Source: Methanothrix sp. (GTDB lineage: Archaea; Halobacteriota; Methanosarcinia; Methanotrichales; Methanotrichaceae). From it: 64,000 nucleotides of DNA. The number at the start of each line of letters is the position of its first letter. Positions within the stretch are counted from its first letter, which is position 1. Positions 8,614 to 19,594 of this stretch are shown one piece after another. The DNA lies in assembly GCA_037128175.1 (NCBI GenBank), contig JBAXWY010000006.1, positions 28,858 through 92,857 of the forward strand, in the 5' to 3' direction. The notes under the pieces are model-generated. The model had not been told where the DNA came from. It did no database searches and saw nothing but the letters and a program-made list of their open reading frames with translations. Both the position numbers and the translations under genes were made by a program.

Positions 8614-10809
8614 TCAAACGACCTTCAGGTAATCGGAAGGTTTGGGCATCTCAGGTTTCAGGCCCTTTCTGGTCCGAATCTGCTTGACGGTATCTTGCAG
8701 CAGGTTAGCGGGCAAGGGCTCAAATCCAGCGAACTCAGAGGACCAGAGTGCTCTGCCTTCGGTGGCCGACCTTATGGCCCCGGAGAATCCGAACATTTGA
8801 GCCACAGGCATCTTGGATTTAAGGATAATCATATCGCCCTGGCTGTCCATGTTCAGGATAACGCCTCTCCTTCCCTGGATCTCAGACATGGCTCCACCCA
8901 TTTGATCCTGAGGCACCTGTATATAGACATTCTGGAAGGGCTCCAATAAAACCGGATCCGCCATGAGTATTCCCGCCTGCACGGCTTGCCTTACCGCAGG
9001 AATGACCTGAGCGGGGCCACGGTGCACTGCATCCTCGTGCAGCTTTACATCTACGATTTTGGCTTTTATACCCTGCGCGGGTTCCCTGCAGATGGGGCCG
9101 TTCTTCAGCGCTTCCTCGAAGCCCTCTAAGATGAGCTCCATAGTCTCTCTCAGGTACTGGATACCTTTGGTCATGTTGAGCAACATGTTGGTGCCAAAGT
9201 ATCCGACAATGCTCTTCGCTTCCTCTTTTCCCATGCCGTTCTCGAGGAGAACCTTCCTGCGCTCAACCTCTTCCATCTTCATGCTGATCTTGCCTTCTTT
9301 CAAGGCCTCGATCACGCCCGGTTCCAGGGGCTCAAACTCGATGTAGAAACGGTTGTGGTGGTTAGGTGACTTGCCTTCCACTGGTCCAGCTCTGCCGCCC
9401 ACGGACTCACGATATACGACGATTGGTGGAGAAGTCTTCAGCTCCACGCCGCGATCGCGCTGCAGCCTGGTCACAGTTACATCCAGATGCAGCTCGCCCA
9501 TGCCAGCCAGGAGGTGCTCGCCGGTCTCCTCGTTGATGGTGACCTGCAGGGTTGGGTCCTCTTTGGCGATCTGCCTTAAGACCTCTACAACCTTTGGCAG
9601 GTCGCGGGTGTTCTTGGCCTCGACGGCTACGGTCATGACCGGTTCAGAGACATGCTTGATCTGCTCGAAAGGCGTCATGTTCTGTTCTGAAGAGATGGTA
9701 GATCCTACGATGGCATCTCTTAGACCAGTCACGGCAGCAATGTTTCCGGCTGGTATCTCCTCTACCTCAACCCTCTCCGCACCCATGACGATACCCGTCT
9801 GCTGAATACGATTGGTATCGACCACGCCGGATACATACAGCTCCATGCCGCGATGCAGGGTTCCAGAGAAGAGCCTGCCCGTGGCTACCTCGCCTGCATG
9901 CGGGTCGATCTTCAACTTATTGATCATGAATGCGACAGGACCTTTTGGGTCGCAGGTAGCCATGGCTCTTCCCACGTCACTATCCCAATTGCCATGCCAG
10001 ATGACCTTGACTCTCTCCTTTTGGGCATCGATGGGGCTGGGCAAGAACTTGACTACCATATCGTTTACGGCAATATAAAGCGGGACCTTCTCGGCCAGCT
10101 CCTTCATCTTTCCTGCCCGGCAGTATTCGACGACCTGCTCAAAGCCGATGCCCGTCTTCTTCATCTGAGGCACGCTGATGGCCCAATTATAGAGAGCCGA
10201 CCCAAAGGCGATATTTCCCCGAGCAGCATCCAGCTTCCAGCCGGCTTTATATTTCTCTTCATCCATTCCTTGGATGAGCTTGTTGACATTGTCAATGACC
10301 TTGCCCAGGCGCATGGCCATATCTTTCGGCTCAACTTTCAGCTCATTGATCATGCGGTCCACTTTATTGACGAAAAGGACCGGCCTGACACCTTCCTTGA
10401 GAGCCTGTCGCAGCACAGTCTCCGTCTGAGGCATGGCGCCCTCAACGGCATCCACTACAACCACTGCGCCGTCAACCGCCCGCATCGCCCGAGTAACGTC
10501 GCCTCCAAAGTCCACGTGGCCGGGAGTATCAATCATGTTGATGAGATATTCCTTGCCATCTATCTCGTGAACCATGGATACATTGGCAGCATCGATAGTA
10601 ATTCCGCGCGCCTGCTCCAGGGGATCGAAATCCATGAAGAGCTGCTTGCCTGCCAGATCCATGGAGATCATGCCTGCGCCTCCCAGAAGGTTATCAGAAA
10701 GGGTTGTCTTGCCGTGATCGATATGTGCTACGATTCCGATGTTCCGGATAAACTCAGGCTTGTCCATCAGAGTCGTTACACGTTCTGCTATTTTCTTCCT
10801 CTTGCCCAT
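8614..10809 (-). CDS. fusA: Translation elongation factor 2
   Basis: [21 protein letters not shown] and diphthamide loop [12 protein letters not shown]; start taken at MGKRKK (10809). Confidence 0.97.
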   Translation of the reverse strand: MGKRKKIAERVTTLMDKPEFIRNIGIVAHIDHGKTTLSDNLLGGAGMISMDLAGKQLFMDFDPLEQARGITIDAANVSMVHEIDGKEYLINMIDTPGHVDFGGDVTRAMRAVDGAVVVVDAVEGAMPQTETVLRQALKEGVRPVLFVNKVDRMINELKVEPKDMAMRLGKVIDNVNKLIQGMDEEKYKAGWKLDAARGNIAFGSALYNWAISVPQMKKTGIGFEQVVEYCRAGKMKELAEKVPLYIAVNDMVVKFLPSPIDAQKERVKVIWHGNWDSDVGRAMATCDPKGPVAFMINKLKIDPHAGEVATGRLFSGTLHRGMELYVSGVVDTNRIQQTGIVMGAERVEVEEIPAGNIAAVTGLRDAIVGSTISSEQNMTPFEQIKHVSEPVMTVAVEAKNTRDLPKVVEVLRQIAKEDPTLQVTINEETGEHLLAGMGELHLDVTVTRLQRDRGVELKTSPPIVVYRESVGGRAGPVEGKSPNHHNRFYIEFEPLEPGVIEALKEGKISMKMEEVERRKVLLENGMGKEEAKSIVGYFGTNMLLNMTKGIQYLRETMELILEGFEEALKNGPICREPAQGIKAKIVDVKLHEDAVHRGPAQVIPAVRQAVQAGILMADPVLLEPFQNVYIQVPQDQMGGAMSEIQGRRGVILNMDSQGDMIILKSKMPVAQMFGFSGAIRSATEGRALWSSEFAGFEPLPANLLQDTVKQIRTRKGLKPEMPKPSDYLKVV

Positions 10810-10989
10810 AATACGCCTCGCGAAGTTTAAGATAAAGGTTAAATCCAGACTAGGACTCAGATTCCTCGGACTCAATCTATTTAAGCCTTCGGCCATCTCA
10901 GGGCGGTTTCAAAATCGAATATGGCGCGAAATTATAATTATGGATAAAGCTTAAATCGCGGCGAGAAAAGCAGATCAACGGTTTTTACG

Positions 10990-12384
10990 ATGGCGCGCTT
11001 GGTAATGAAGTTTGGTGGTGTTTCCGTTGCTGACGGAAACAGACTGCGGCATGTAGGAGATCTGGTCTTACATTTTAGCCGCGACAATGAGATAGTTTTG
11101 GTTACTTCCGCCCTGCAAGGCGTCACTGACGACCTTTTGGCCTGTGCCAAAAAAGCAGCAAAGGAGGGAAATGTCTCAGAAGTGATCGATTTCATGGAGA
11201 AGCTCACGGATAGGCACAATCAGGCCATAACTGATGCCATAAAAGATCCTCAAATCGCCAAAGAGGTCAGTGAGACGATATCTAACAAGCTGTCTGAGCT
11301 CGAAAAAGCTTACATCGGCATCTGCTACCTGGGTGAGCTTACAGCACGCTCGTTGGATTATATATCCAGCTATGGCGAGCAACTGGCGGCGCCCATTCTC
11401 GCAGGAGTCTTGAGAGATATGGGCATACCCTCTTTGCACTATACCGGCTCAGAGGCAGGAATCATCACCGACAGTAACTATGGCGACTGCAGGCCCTTAG
11501 AGAAGACCTACAATTTAATTCCCCAAAGGCTCTTGCCGCTCAAGGGCGTTCCCGTGGTCACTGGCTTCATCGCCAAGGACGAAAAGGGCACGATTACCAC
11601 CTTAGGGCGGGGTGGCTCGGATCTGTCCGCCTCGCTCATCGGGGCGGCTATTGATGCCGATGAGATCTGGTTCTGGAAGGAGACATACGGCATAATGACT
11701 ACCGATCCCAAGATCGTGCCCGAGGCCAGGTCTATTCCCTCCATCTCCTACCGGGAGGCTATGGAGCTGTCCAACTTCGGGGCCAAGGTCTTGCACCCCC
11801 GCTCCATTGAGCCTGCCATCCGAAAAGGCATCCCTGTGCGTGTTAAATGCACCTTCGATCCCGATATCCCCGGCACACTAATAGTGCATGAAGTTGTACC
11901 CAAAGCGGATGTGATAAAGGCAGTTACACTGCACAAGAATGTGGCTCTGCTCAACATTTCCGGGGCAGGCATGATTGGAACGCTGGGCGTCGCGGCGCGC
12001 GCTTTTTCTGCTCTCGCCAAGGCAGGCATCAATATAGTCATGATCAGCCAGGGATCGTCGGAGGTCAATATCTCCATGATCATTGAGGAGCGGCAGGTGG
12101 AGAAAGCAGAAGATGCCCTAAGAGCCGAGTTTCCCAGAGATCTGGTCAAGGATATCTCGCACGATCACGATGTCTGCGCTGTGGCAGTTGTAGGCGCTGG
12201 AATGGAGGGCACACCGGGCGTTGCCGCGCGAGTCTTCAAGGCCATGGGCGCGGCCAGGATAAATGTGGTCATGATCAGCCAGGCATCGGGTCAGCTTAAC
12301 ATCTCCTTTGTGGTCGCTTCCAAGGATGCAGAGCAGGCAGTAAGAGAGCTGCACCGTGAGTTTTGCCTGGGAGGAGAAGCATGA
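10990..12384 (+). CDS. lysC: Aspartate kinase with two ACT domains
   Basis: VMKFGG, SYGE, TTLGRGGSD, GAKVLHP and C-terminal ACT repeats. Confidence 0.95.
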   Translation: MARLVMKFGGVSVADGNRLRHVGDLVLHFSRDNEIVLVTSALQGVTDDLLACAKKAAKEGNVSEVIDFMEKLTDRHNQAITDAIKDPQIAKEVSETISNKLSELEKAYIGICYLGELTARSLDYISSYGEQLAAPILAGVLRDMGIPSLHYTGSEAGIITDSNYGDCRPLEKTYNLIPQRLLPLKGVPVVTGFIAKDEKGTITTLGRGGSDLSASLIGAAIDADEIWFWKETYGIMTTDPKIVPEARSIPSISYREAMELSNFGAKVLHPRSIEPAIRKGIPVRVKCTFDPDIPGTLIVHEVVPKADVIKAVTLHKNVALLNISGAGMIGTLGVAARAFSALAKAGINIVMISQGSSEVNISMIIEERQVEKAEDALRAEFPRDLVKDISHDHDVCAVAVVGAGMEGTPGVAARVFKAMGAARINVVMISQASGQLNISFVVASKDAEQAVRELHREFCLGGEA

Positions 12385-13376
12385 AGGGGCTGACGTATGC
12401 AGAGGCGGGCGTGGATATTCACCAGGAGAACCGATCCATTGATGCCATGAAGGCCGTGCTGACGACAAAACGTAAGGGCTTCGGAGCGCCCATGACCGAG
12501 ATCGGCCACTACGCCGGACTCCTGGATATGGGCAGCTTTGCCCTGGCCATGACCACAGATGGTGTGGGTTCCAAGGTCCTCATTGCCAATGCGATTTCCA
12601 AGTGGGATACGATCGGCATCGACTGCATCGCCATGAATGTCAACGACCTTTATGCTATCGGGGCCGAGCCCATCGCCTTTGTGGACTATCTGGCCGTAGA
12701 GAAGGTGGACCCTGAGCGTGCAGGGCAAATTGCGATAGGCTTGGCCCGCGGCGCCGAGATATCCAATATGACCATTGTGGGAGGGGAGACGGCTTCCTTG
12801 CCAGAGATCATTCGGGGCTTCGACCTGGCAGGCACCGCCATCGGCGTCGTGGACAAGGACAAAGTTGTGACGGGCGAGAAGATCCAACTGGGTGATGCTC
12901 TGGTGGGCGTGCCCAGCAGCGGCCTGCACAGCAACGGCTATACTTTGGCCCGGCGCATCATTGCCGAGTCCAAGTACACCTACTTCGACCGCATGCCCGG
13001 CGGGAAAAATACCATTGGAGAAGAGTTGCTCACACCCACCCGGATCTACCCCGAGATCGTGAAACTGGTGCAGGAGTGCGATGTGCATGGCCTCGCCCAC
13101 ATCACCGGCTCGGGCCTTCTCAAGCTGCGCCGCATCTCGCAATTGGGCTTTGAGATCACCGATCCACTGGAACCGCAATCCATCTTCCGCTTCCTGCAGG
13201 AGCTGGGCAATGTGGATGAGGCAGAGATGTACCGCACATTCAACATGGGCATGGGCTTCGTGGTCGTAGTAGCCGAAGATGAGGCCCAAAAGGCCTGCCG
13301 TATCATGGGGCCGGGCGCAAAGGTAATCGGATCGATTGTAAAAGAAGGAATAAAAGCAGGCCGCATGACCTTCTAG
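12381..13376 (+). CDS. purM: Phosphoribosylformylglycinamidine cyclo-ligase
   Basis: TYAEAGVDI, TDGVGSK, GGETA, SSGLHSNGY and TFNMGMG; ATGA overlap with lysC stop. Confidence 0.96.
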   Translation: MKGLTYAEAGVDIHQENRSIDAMKAVLTTKRKGFGAPMTEIGHYAGLLDMGSFALAMTTDGVGSKVLIANAISKWDTIGIDCIAMNVNDLYAIGAEPIAFVDYLAVEKVDPERAGQIAIGLARGAEISNMTIVGGETASLPEIIRGFDLAGTAIGVVDKDKVVTGEKIQLGDALVGVPSSGLHSNGYTLARRIIAESKYTYFDRMPGGKNTIGEELLTPTRIYPEIVKLVQECDVHGLAHITGSGLLKLRRISQLGFEITDPLEPQSIFRFLQELGNVDEAEMYRTFNMGMGFVVVVAEDEAQKACRIMGPGAKVIGSIVKEGIKAGRMTF

Positions 13377-14143
13377 GCCTGCTGCTTTTTTTCGCCGAAC
13401 ATCTCTTCTAATTTGGTCTTAATCTTTCGTATGGATTCTATGGCCGGGCAATTCACATCAATGGGCGGCTTGCCTGCCAGGTCCGCTTCTACCAGACATT
13501 TGTCAAAGGGAATGGTTCCCAGGACCGGTATGCCCATCAAGGCCAGCTTCTCGGCCACGGGACCCGGGTCGTCGGCCTTGTTTATGACGGCAAAGTACCT
13601 GGTAATGCCGATCTCCTTGCCCAGATGCATTATCCTCTCCACGGTCTCAATGGATCTCATGCCCGGTTCTACCACGGCGATCATGGCATCGACCCCGCGA
13701 GCTGTGGCCCTGCCTAAGTGCTCGATGCCAGCTTCCATGTCCATGATCACCAGATCCTTTTCCCGAACGATGACGTGCCTGATGAGTGCTTTGACAAAGG
13801 CATTGGCCGGACACATGCAGCCCGAGCCGCCGGAATCGATGGTACCCATGACCACCAGCTTGACATTGTCGGGCCCGGTGCAGCCGCACATGGCCACCAC
13901 GTCGTCTACCTTGGGATTCATCTTGAACATGCCGCCGGGCATGCCCGCCCGCTCCTCAACCAGGTCTTTGTGCTCGGTGACGGGCTTGGGCAAATTCGGG
14001 ATGCCCAGAGCTGAGCCCAGGTTCATGCTCGGGTCCGCGTCAATCGCCAGAACATTGTAGCCGTCGCGGGCAAAGAGACGGGCTAAGGTGCCGGCCAGGG
14101 TGGTCTTACCCACACCGCCTTTTCCTGAAATTGCGATCTTCAT
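13373..14143 (-). CDS. cooC: CooC/AcsF-type nickel-insertion ATPase (CODH/ACS maturation)
   Basis: SGKGGVGKTT deviant Walker A, DADP, GSGCMCP and DMEAGIEHLGR. Confidence 0.88.
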   Translation of the reverse strand: MKIAISGKGGVGKTTLAGTLARLFARDGYNVLAIDADPSMNLGSALGIPNLPKPVTEHKDLVEERAGMPGGMFKMNPKVDDVVAMCGCTGPDNVKLVVMGTIDSGGSGCMCPANAFVKALIRHVIVREKDLVIMDMEAGIEHLGRATARGVDAMIAVVEPGMRSIETVERIMHLGKEIGITRYFAVINKADDPGPVAEKLALMGIPVLGTIPFDKCLVEADLAGKPPIDVNCPAIESIRKIKTKLEEMFGEKKQQA

Positions 14144-14231
14144 TTTTATAAACCTCGTGAGAATGATTAAGTCTATTTCTAGCATGTACGTTTATATCGA
14201 TTCTGCATGATAACAGTAGCGGGGCGCTGCA

Positions 14232-16025
14232 ATGATCAAGAGCATCAGAAAGAGCGGTGACGAGACCGAAAGACTTGGCCAAGAGAGGATTGCCGCAGCC
14301 CTTGCCGACGACATTTTGCTCTCCAGCAATGCCGCTACAATTCTCAAGAAGAGATATCTACGTCGCGACGAGCGCGGGGCCATCGCGGAGACACCGGGAG
14401 AGATGTTCGAACACGTGGCCGCTCATGTCTCGCAAGCTGAGATAAAGCATGGAGGCAATGAAAAAAATTTCTGCAGAAAATTTTTAAAGATGATGCGTGA
14501 CCTGGAATTTCTGCCCAACTCCCCCACGCTCATGAACGCAGGGCTGCCGCTGGGGCAGCTCTCCGCCTGCTTCGTCCTACCCGTAGAGGACTCTCTCGCC
14601 GGTATCTTCGAGGCTCTGAAGAGCATGGCCCTCATCCACCAGAGCGGGGGGGGCACTGGCTTCTCCTTCTCCCGGCTGCGGCCTAAAAATGATGTGGTGC
14701 GCGCGACGGGCGGAGTGGCCAGCGGCCCGGTATCCTTCATGCGCATCTTCGACACGGCCACGGATGTGATCAAGCAGGGAGGCCGCCGCCGGGGCGCCAA
14801 CATGGCCACGCTACGCGTCGATCACCCGGACATCCTGGAGTTCATCCAGGCCAAGGAGAAGCCGGGGTTTTTGGAGAACTTCAACATCTCTGTGGCGGCA
14901 ACCGATGAGTTCATGCACGCGGCGCGGCAGGGCGAAGAGATCGAGCTGATCAATCCGCGGACCGGCCAGGTCGCGGGACATATCAATGCCAGAGAGACAA
15001 TGGACTGCATCGCTAACTCTGCCTGGCGAGGTGGCGATCCGGGCATGATCTTCATAGACAGGATCAATGCCGCTCACCCTCTGCCTGGCCTGATTGAGAG
15101 CACCAATCCCTGCGGCGAGCAGCCGCTGCTTCCTTTCGAATCCTGTAACCTGGGCTCCATCAATCTCGCCAAGCTGGTGGAGAGGGGCGAGATGAACTGG
15201 GAACGACTGGGGGAGCTGGTCTCATTGGCAGTGCGCTTCCTGGACGATGTCATCGATATGAACTGCTACCCTTTGCAGCAAATCGAAGAGACCACCTTGC
15301 AGTCGCGAAAGATCGGTCTGGGGGTGATGGGCTTTGCCGAAATGCTCATCCTGATGAATATCTCCTACAACTCCCTGGAAGCCGTGCGCCTGGCGGAAGG
15401 GATCATGAAATTTATCACCCAGGCGGCGCGCGCGGCGTCAGCAGAGCTGGGCGAAGAGCGCGGCTCTTTTCCGCTCTTCGAAGAGTCCCGGCTCAAGAAT
15501 TGGAGCGCCATGAGAAACGCCACGGTGACTACCATCGCACCCACGGGCACCATCAGCATCATCGCGGGGACATCCAGCGGCATTGAGCCGCTCTTTGCGC
15601 TGGCTTTTGTGCGCCGGGTGCTGGAGGGAGCGCGGCTTTTGGAGGTCTCGCCCCTCTTTGAGGGCGCAGCCGCAGCGCGCGGCATCTACAGCTCGGAGAT
15701 GAAGGCTGAGCTGGCCAAAAAGGGCTCGGCAGCGGATATGGCGGGCGTGCCCCAGGATCTGAAGGACCTTTTTGTAACGGCTCTGGACATCCCTTCCGAG
15801 CAGCACGTGCGCATCCAGGCCGCCTTCCAGAAGTACACAGACAACGCCGTCTCCAAGACTGTGAACCTTCCCGAGAGCGCCACGGTGGACGATGTATTGC
15901 GGGTCTTCAACATGGCTTACGACCTGGGCTGCAAGGGCGTCACCGTCTTTCGCTACGGCAGCAAAAGCCAGGTGCTCTATCTGGGCAACGGCGAGACGGT
16001 GCCGGGGTGCAAGTACTGCGGGTGA
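14232..16025 (+). CDS. nrdJ: Adenosylcobalamin-dependent (class II) ribonucleotide reductase
   Basis: [39 protein letters not shown] and AVSKTVN; no adjacent beta subunit. Confidence 0.9.
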   Translation: MIKSIRKSGDETERLGQERIAAALADDILLSSNAATILKKRYLRRDERGAIAETPGEMFEHVAAHVSQAEIKHGGNEKNFCRKFLKMMRDLEFLPNSPTLMNAGLPLGQLSACFVLPVEDSLAGIFEALKSMALIHQSGGGTGFSFSRLRPKNDVVRATGGVASGPVSFMRIFDTATDVIKQGGRRRGANMATLRVDHPDILEFIQAKEKPGFLENFNISVAATDEFMHAARQGEEIELINPRTGQVAGHINARETMDCIANSAWRGGDPGMIFIDRINAAHPLPGLIESTNPCGEQPLLPFESCNLGSINLAKLVERGEMNWERLGELVSLAVRFLDDVIDMNCYPLQQIEETTLQSRKIGLGVMGFAEMLILMNISYNSLEAVRLAEGIMKFITQAARAASAELGEERGSFPLFEESRLKNWSAMRNATVTTIAPTGTISIIAGTSSGIEPLFALAFVRRVLEGARLLEVSPLFEGAAAARGIYSSEMKAELAKKGSAADMAGVPQDLKDLFVTALDIPSEQHVRIQAAFQKYTDNAVSKTVNLPESATVDDVLRVFNMAYDLGCKGVTVFRYGSKSQVLYLGNGETVPGCKYCG

Positions 16026-16106
16026 GCTATGAATACAAGAGAAGGCGATGCCAAGAGCGGTCGTAACTCAAAAGAATTTTATTGAAAGCAGACGTTATCT
16101 CGTAGT

Positions 16107-17735
16107 ATGTACAGACAAAATTCCCGGAAATGCACCCATCAATCAGCGATTGTCCTACTCTGTATTTTCGTTTCCTGTTCTTTAGCAGGACTCGCAGATG
16201 CAGAAAAAATAATTCCCACTAATTCGTCTAGCGACCAATTAAATAATTCTGATCCGTCCGTTGGCATATCATCGAAAACCTTTCTCATCCCTCCGGGCAT
16301 AATGCCCATTGTCGTACTGCAGGGAGAGCCCTACGAGATGGGATATCAGTATGCACTTCAGGCGGAAGATTACATTGCAATCGTGCGGGACGCCGCCTGG
16401 GCCAGCGCCCTCTCAAAGAACTCATCGCCAGAGATCCTGCAGACCTGCCAGGAATACCGGCAATATATCACAAGAGAGCTGCCCCAATTTAATTTTAGCT
16501 ATTTTTTCCAGGGTATGACTGATGCCATGAACGATCAAGGTTTTCAGTTTGGCCCAGATGATCCGGTGGTGATGCTCTACTGGGGCGGACGACAGGGTCC
16601 TGAGCCTCCCGATCACTGCACGGCCATAGCCGCCTTCGGCAACGCCACCGGCTGTGGTATGATCGCGGGAACAAATTTTGATTACTATCATCTGCCCTCT
16701 AATTCATATTCGATCATCCTTGCTCTCTATCCAAATTCAGGTAATTCCTGTATCATTCCTTCCGGGGCAGGGCGAACAGGAAGCAATTCTGCCTTCAATG
16801 ATAAGGGATTGATATACATCCTGGCGGCAGCATCTCAGAAGGGTCCCGGCGACAACGGCCCCGGCATTACCGGCTTTTTGGAGCTGCCCTACGTGGCCAT
16901 GACCTGTGACACCGCCCCTGAGGCGGAAAAATTCCTCATCAACTCGACCCGCATGTTCGGACTTAACCACCTCCTACTTGATGCAGGGGGCAATGCCACG
17001 GTCCTGGAAGCAACTCGGGCCAGATATGCCCTGAGAAAGGCCGGGGACAACAATGAGTCGGATTATCTGGTGGTGACCAACCATTATCTTAATCCCGTGA
17101 TGAAACCCTCTCAACCGATTTGGGACCCACTGAAGTATTATCCATCCAGCTATTATCGATACATCACCGCAGAGAAGATGATCGCCGACCAGCAGGGCAG
17201 ATTCAACTATACAACAGCCGTGCAGACTTTCTCGTTAACCGATTGGTGGGATGGGAAAGCATGGCATCTTGACGATCCCTGGAGCACCAACACCATCAAC
17301 CGCTTCCGCCCTGATGTTGCCACTCTCTATTCGGCAATAGCCATTCCCAGCGATCATAAAGTCTCCATCTGCACGGGAAATCCCGGCATGCCCTACTGGG
17401 GCACCTTGGCTTGCGGCCAGACAGGGACCTATGTCAACTTGACTATGGGAAATAAGCCGGAAGACCTCGTATTTGACCTCAAAAAGGATGCATCGGCGGT
17501 CATGTGGATGACGGTCCAGGTGATGGAAAAGCAGCCAACGGAAAAAACCGCAAATTTATGGGCGGAAGCGGAAAACAATTACTGGGAAGCGATTTGGTGG
17601 CTTGACCGAGCCGTGCTGGAGAGAGAAGGTTCTGCAAAGGCGGCTGCCTGGGGAAGGTCGGCAACCAACTTTGCGGAAGTGATCGCGCAGGCAGAAATGA
17701 TTCAGGAGCTTTGCCGGCCTCATCCGACAAATTGA
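16107..17735 (+). CDS. Secreted Ntn-hydrolase, C45 peptidase/acyltransferase-like
   Basis: Signal peptide, G.PYEMGYQY, H-C-T nucleophile motif (DHCTAIAA), NFD, TNHY and S..RY. Confidence 0.7.
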   Translation: MYRQNSRKCTHQSAIVLLCIFVSCSLAGLADAEKIIPTNSSSDQLNNSDPSVGISSKTFLIPPGIMPIVVLQGEPYEMGYQYALQAEDYIAIVRDAAWASALSKNSSPEILQTCQEYRQYITRELPQFNFSYFFQGMTDAMNDQGFQFGPDDPVVMLYWGGRQGPEPPDHCTAIAAFGNATGCGMIAGTNFDYYHLPSNSYSIILALYPNSGNSCIIPSGAGRTGSNSAFNDKGLIYILAAASQKGPGDNGPGITGFLELPYVAMTCDTAPEAEKFLINSTRMFGLNHLLLDAGGNATVLEATRARYALRKAGDNNESDYLVVTNHYLNPVMKPSQPIWDPLKYYPSSYYRYITAEKMIADQQGRFNYTTAVQTFSLTDWWDGKAWHLDDPWSTNTINRFRPDVATLYSAIAIPSDHKVSICTGNPGMPYWGTLACGQTGTYVNLTMGNKPEDLVFDLKKDASAVMWMTVQVMEKQPTEKTANLWAEAENNYWEAIWWLDRAVLEREGSAKAAAWGRSATNFAEVIAQAEMIQELCRPHPTN

Positions 17736-17876
17736 TCTGCAAAGAATTGCCATTGGATGGAAAGGAGGAAAGGGCCAGAGGCTGCAAAAGGTAAAGGAGG
17801 GAGATTGTGTCGAAAAGCCGCCCCAGGCCACAAGCCATCAGCAAACCAATTACCCCTTATTAACTGTGTCGGTTGA

Positions 17877-18443
<567 letters not shown>

Positions 18444-18458
18444 ATTAAATAATACCAC

Positions 18459-19436
18459 TCAGGCCGTCGCGGCGGCCTGAGTGGTATTATTTCCCTGCAT
18501 TGTTTCATTTAGCAATGTTTCGTTCACCATCGTTTCATTGCCGTCCGGGACAACAGGAACTGCTTGTGTGGAGACCATTAGACCCATGGAAAGGGGCTGG
18601 ACCTTCTTGGCCTCGGCAGGAAGCTTGATACTTACGCTCTCATTGAAGCCCTCAAAGATCATGGAGACCTCTGCATTTATTCGCATCTCCATTGTCCCGG
18701 ATTCGTTGGCCTGCAGGCCTAAAGACTGAGGGGCCACGGTGAAGATTTCCAGTACATCCGTCTTCTTGAGAAGATGAGTATCTTTAGTGATCCAGTAGTA
18801 GACGTCCAGGCTCATATTGCGGAAGAGTTCGGAGTAGTTCATGCTCGGCATAGGCACAAGAGATGATGTCTCTCCGGCGAGCTGTTCGGCCACTGTGCTC
18901 ATATCCATCTCCGCCCGGACTTTGTAGCAGTTCTGGCCCTCCACCATCTCCGAGCCAATCAGAGAGAGGCGAGACTGATTGAACATTTTGAGCTGCCGGG
19001 TCATTGTGTTTTGCTGGGACCAGGCATTAGCCACACCGGGCACCTTTATAGCCGTCCAGTTTCCATCCATCTTCATGTAGATGGTGTCGTTGATAAGATA
19101 CTCCTCCAGAGCGATGGCGCTGGTGTTGTCCTCATCGCCCTTTGCATAAGTGAGTGAGGCCATGGACAGCTTTAGAGCATGATCGGTCATGTTGGCCATG
19201 CCGTAGCCTAAAGAGCGCGTGTAGAGTTTCTGGGAATCGCCCGCGGAGAGGTTGACCAGATCTATTTTCTGCTCCATCTCCAGGGAAAAGCGGTAGGACT
19301 CAAGACTGGCCGAAGAGTCGACCACCAGAGACTGCAAAGTTGAGGCTATCAATTCATCGAAGGTGCTATTCGTCTGGCCGAGCGCTGCAGGACAGCAGAG
19401 CAGCAGGGCCAGCGCCAAAAGCATAAAATATCTCAT
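18459..19436 (-). CDS. Secreted LppX/LprAFG-like (DUF6612-like) protein
   Basis: Signal peptide, LESYRF, YLINDTIY..MDGNW, G.E.V.G..CY and YYWI.KDTHL; paralogue of 37080-38042. Confidence 0.55.
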   Translation of the reverse strand: MRYFMLLALALLLCCPAALGQTNSTFDELIASTLQSLVVDSSASLESYRFSLEMEQKIDLVNLSAGDSQKLYTRSLGYGMANMTDHALKLSMASLTYAKGDEDNTSAIALEEYLINDTIYMKMDGNWTAIKVPGVANAWSQQNTMTRQLKMFNQSRLSLIGSEMVEGQNCYKVRAEMDMSTVAEQLAGETSSLVPMPSMNYSELFRNMSLDVYYWITKDTHLLKKTDVLEIFTVAPQSLGLQANESGTMEMRINAEVSMIFEGFNESVSIKLPAEAKKVQPLSMGLMVSTQAVPVVPDGNETMVNETLLNETMQGNNTTQAAATA

Positions 19437-19594
19437 GGCCGGGGAGATGGTGGAATGGAGGTAAATCCTTTTTGCTTCTTTTCAGAAAATCGCCTCAGTT
19501 TTGCGTCAAAGATTCTAGGAAATAAAGAATAGGATGCTGATCGAGGAATCCATCAGATTAAAGTATATCATAATCTATCGTACCTTAGATCTAA

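Noticed and set aside
7349-10830. Long antisense ORFs (427 aa, 325 aa) opposite tuf and fusA, and similar ones opposite purM, the ABC ATPase, thermosome and alaS
   Set aside because: Shadow ORFs produced by strong codon bias on the real strand; no recognisable motifs.
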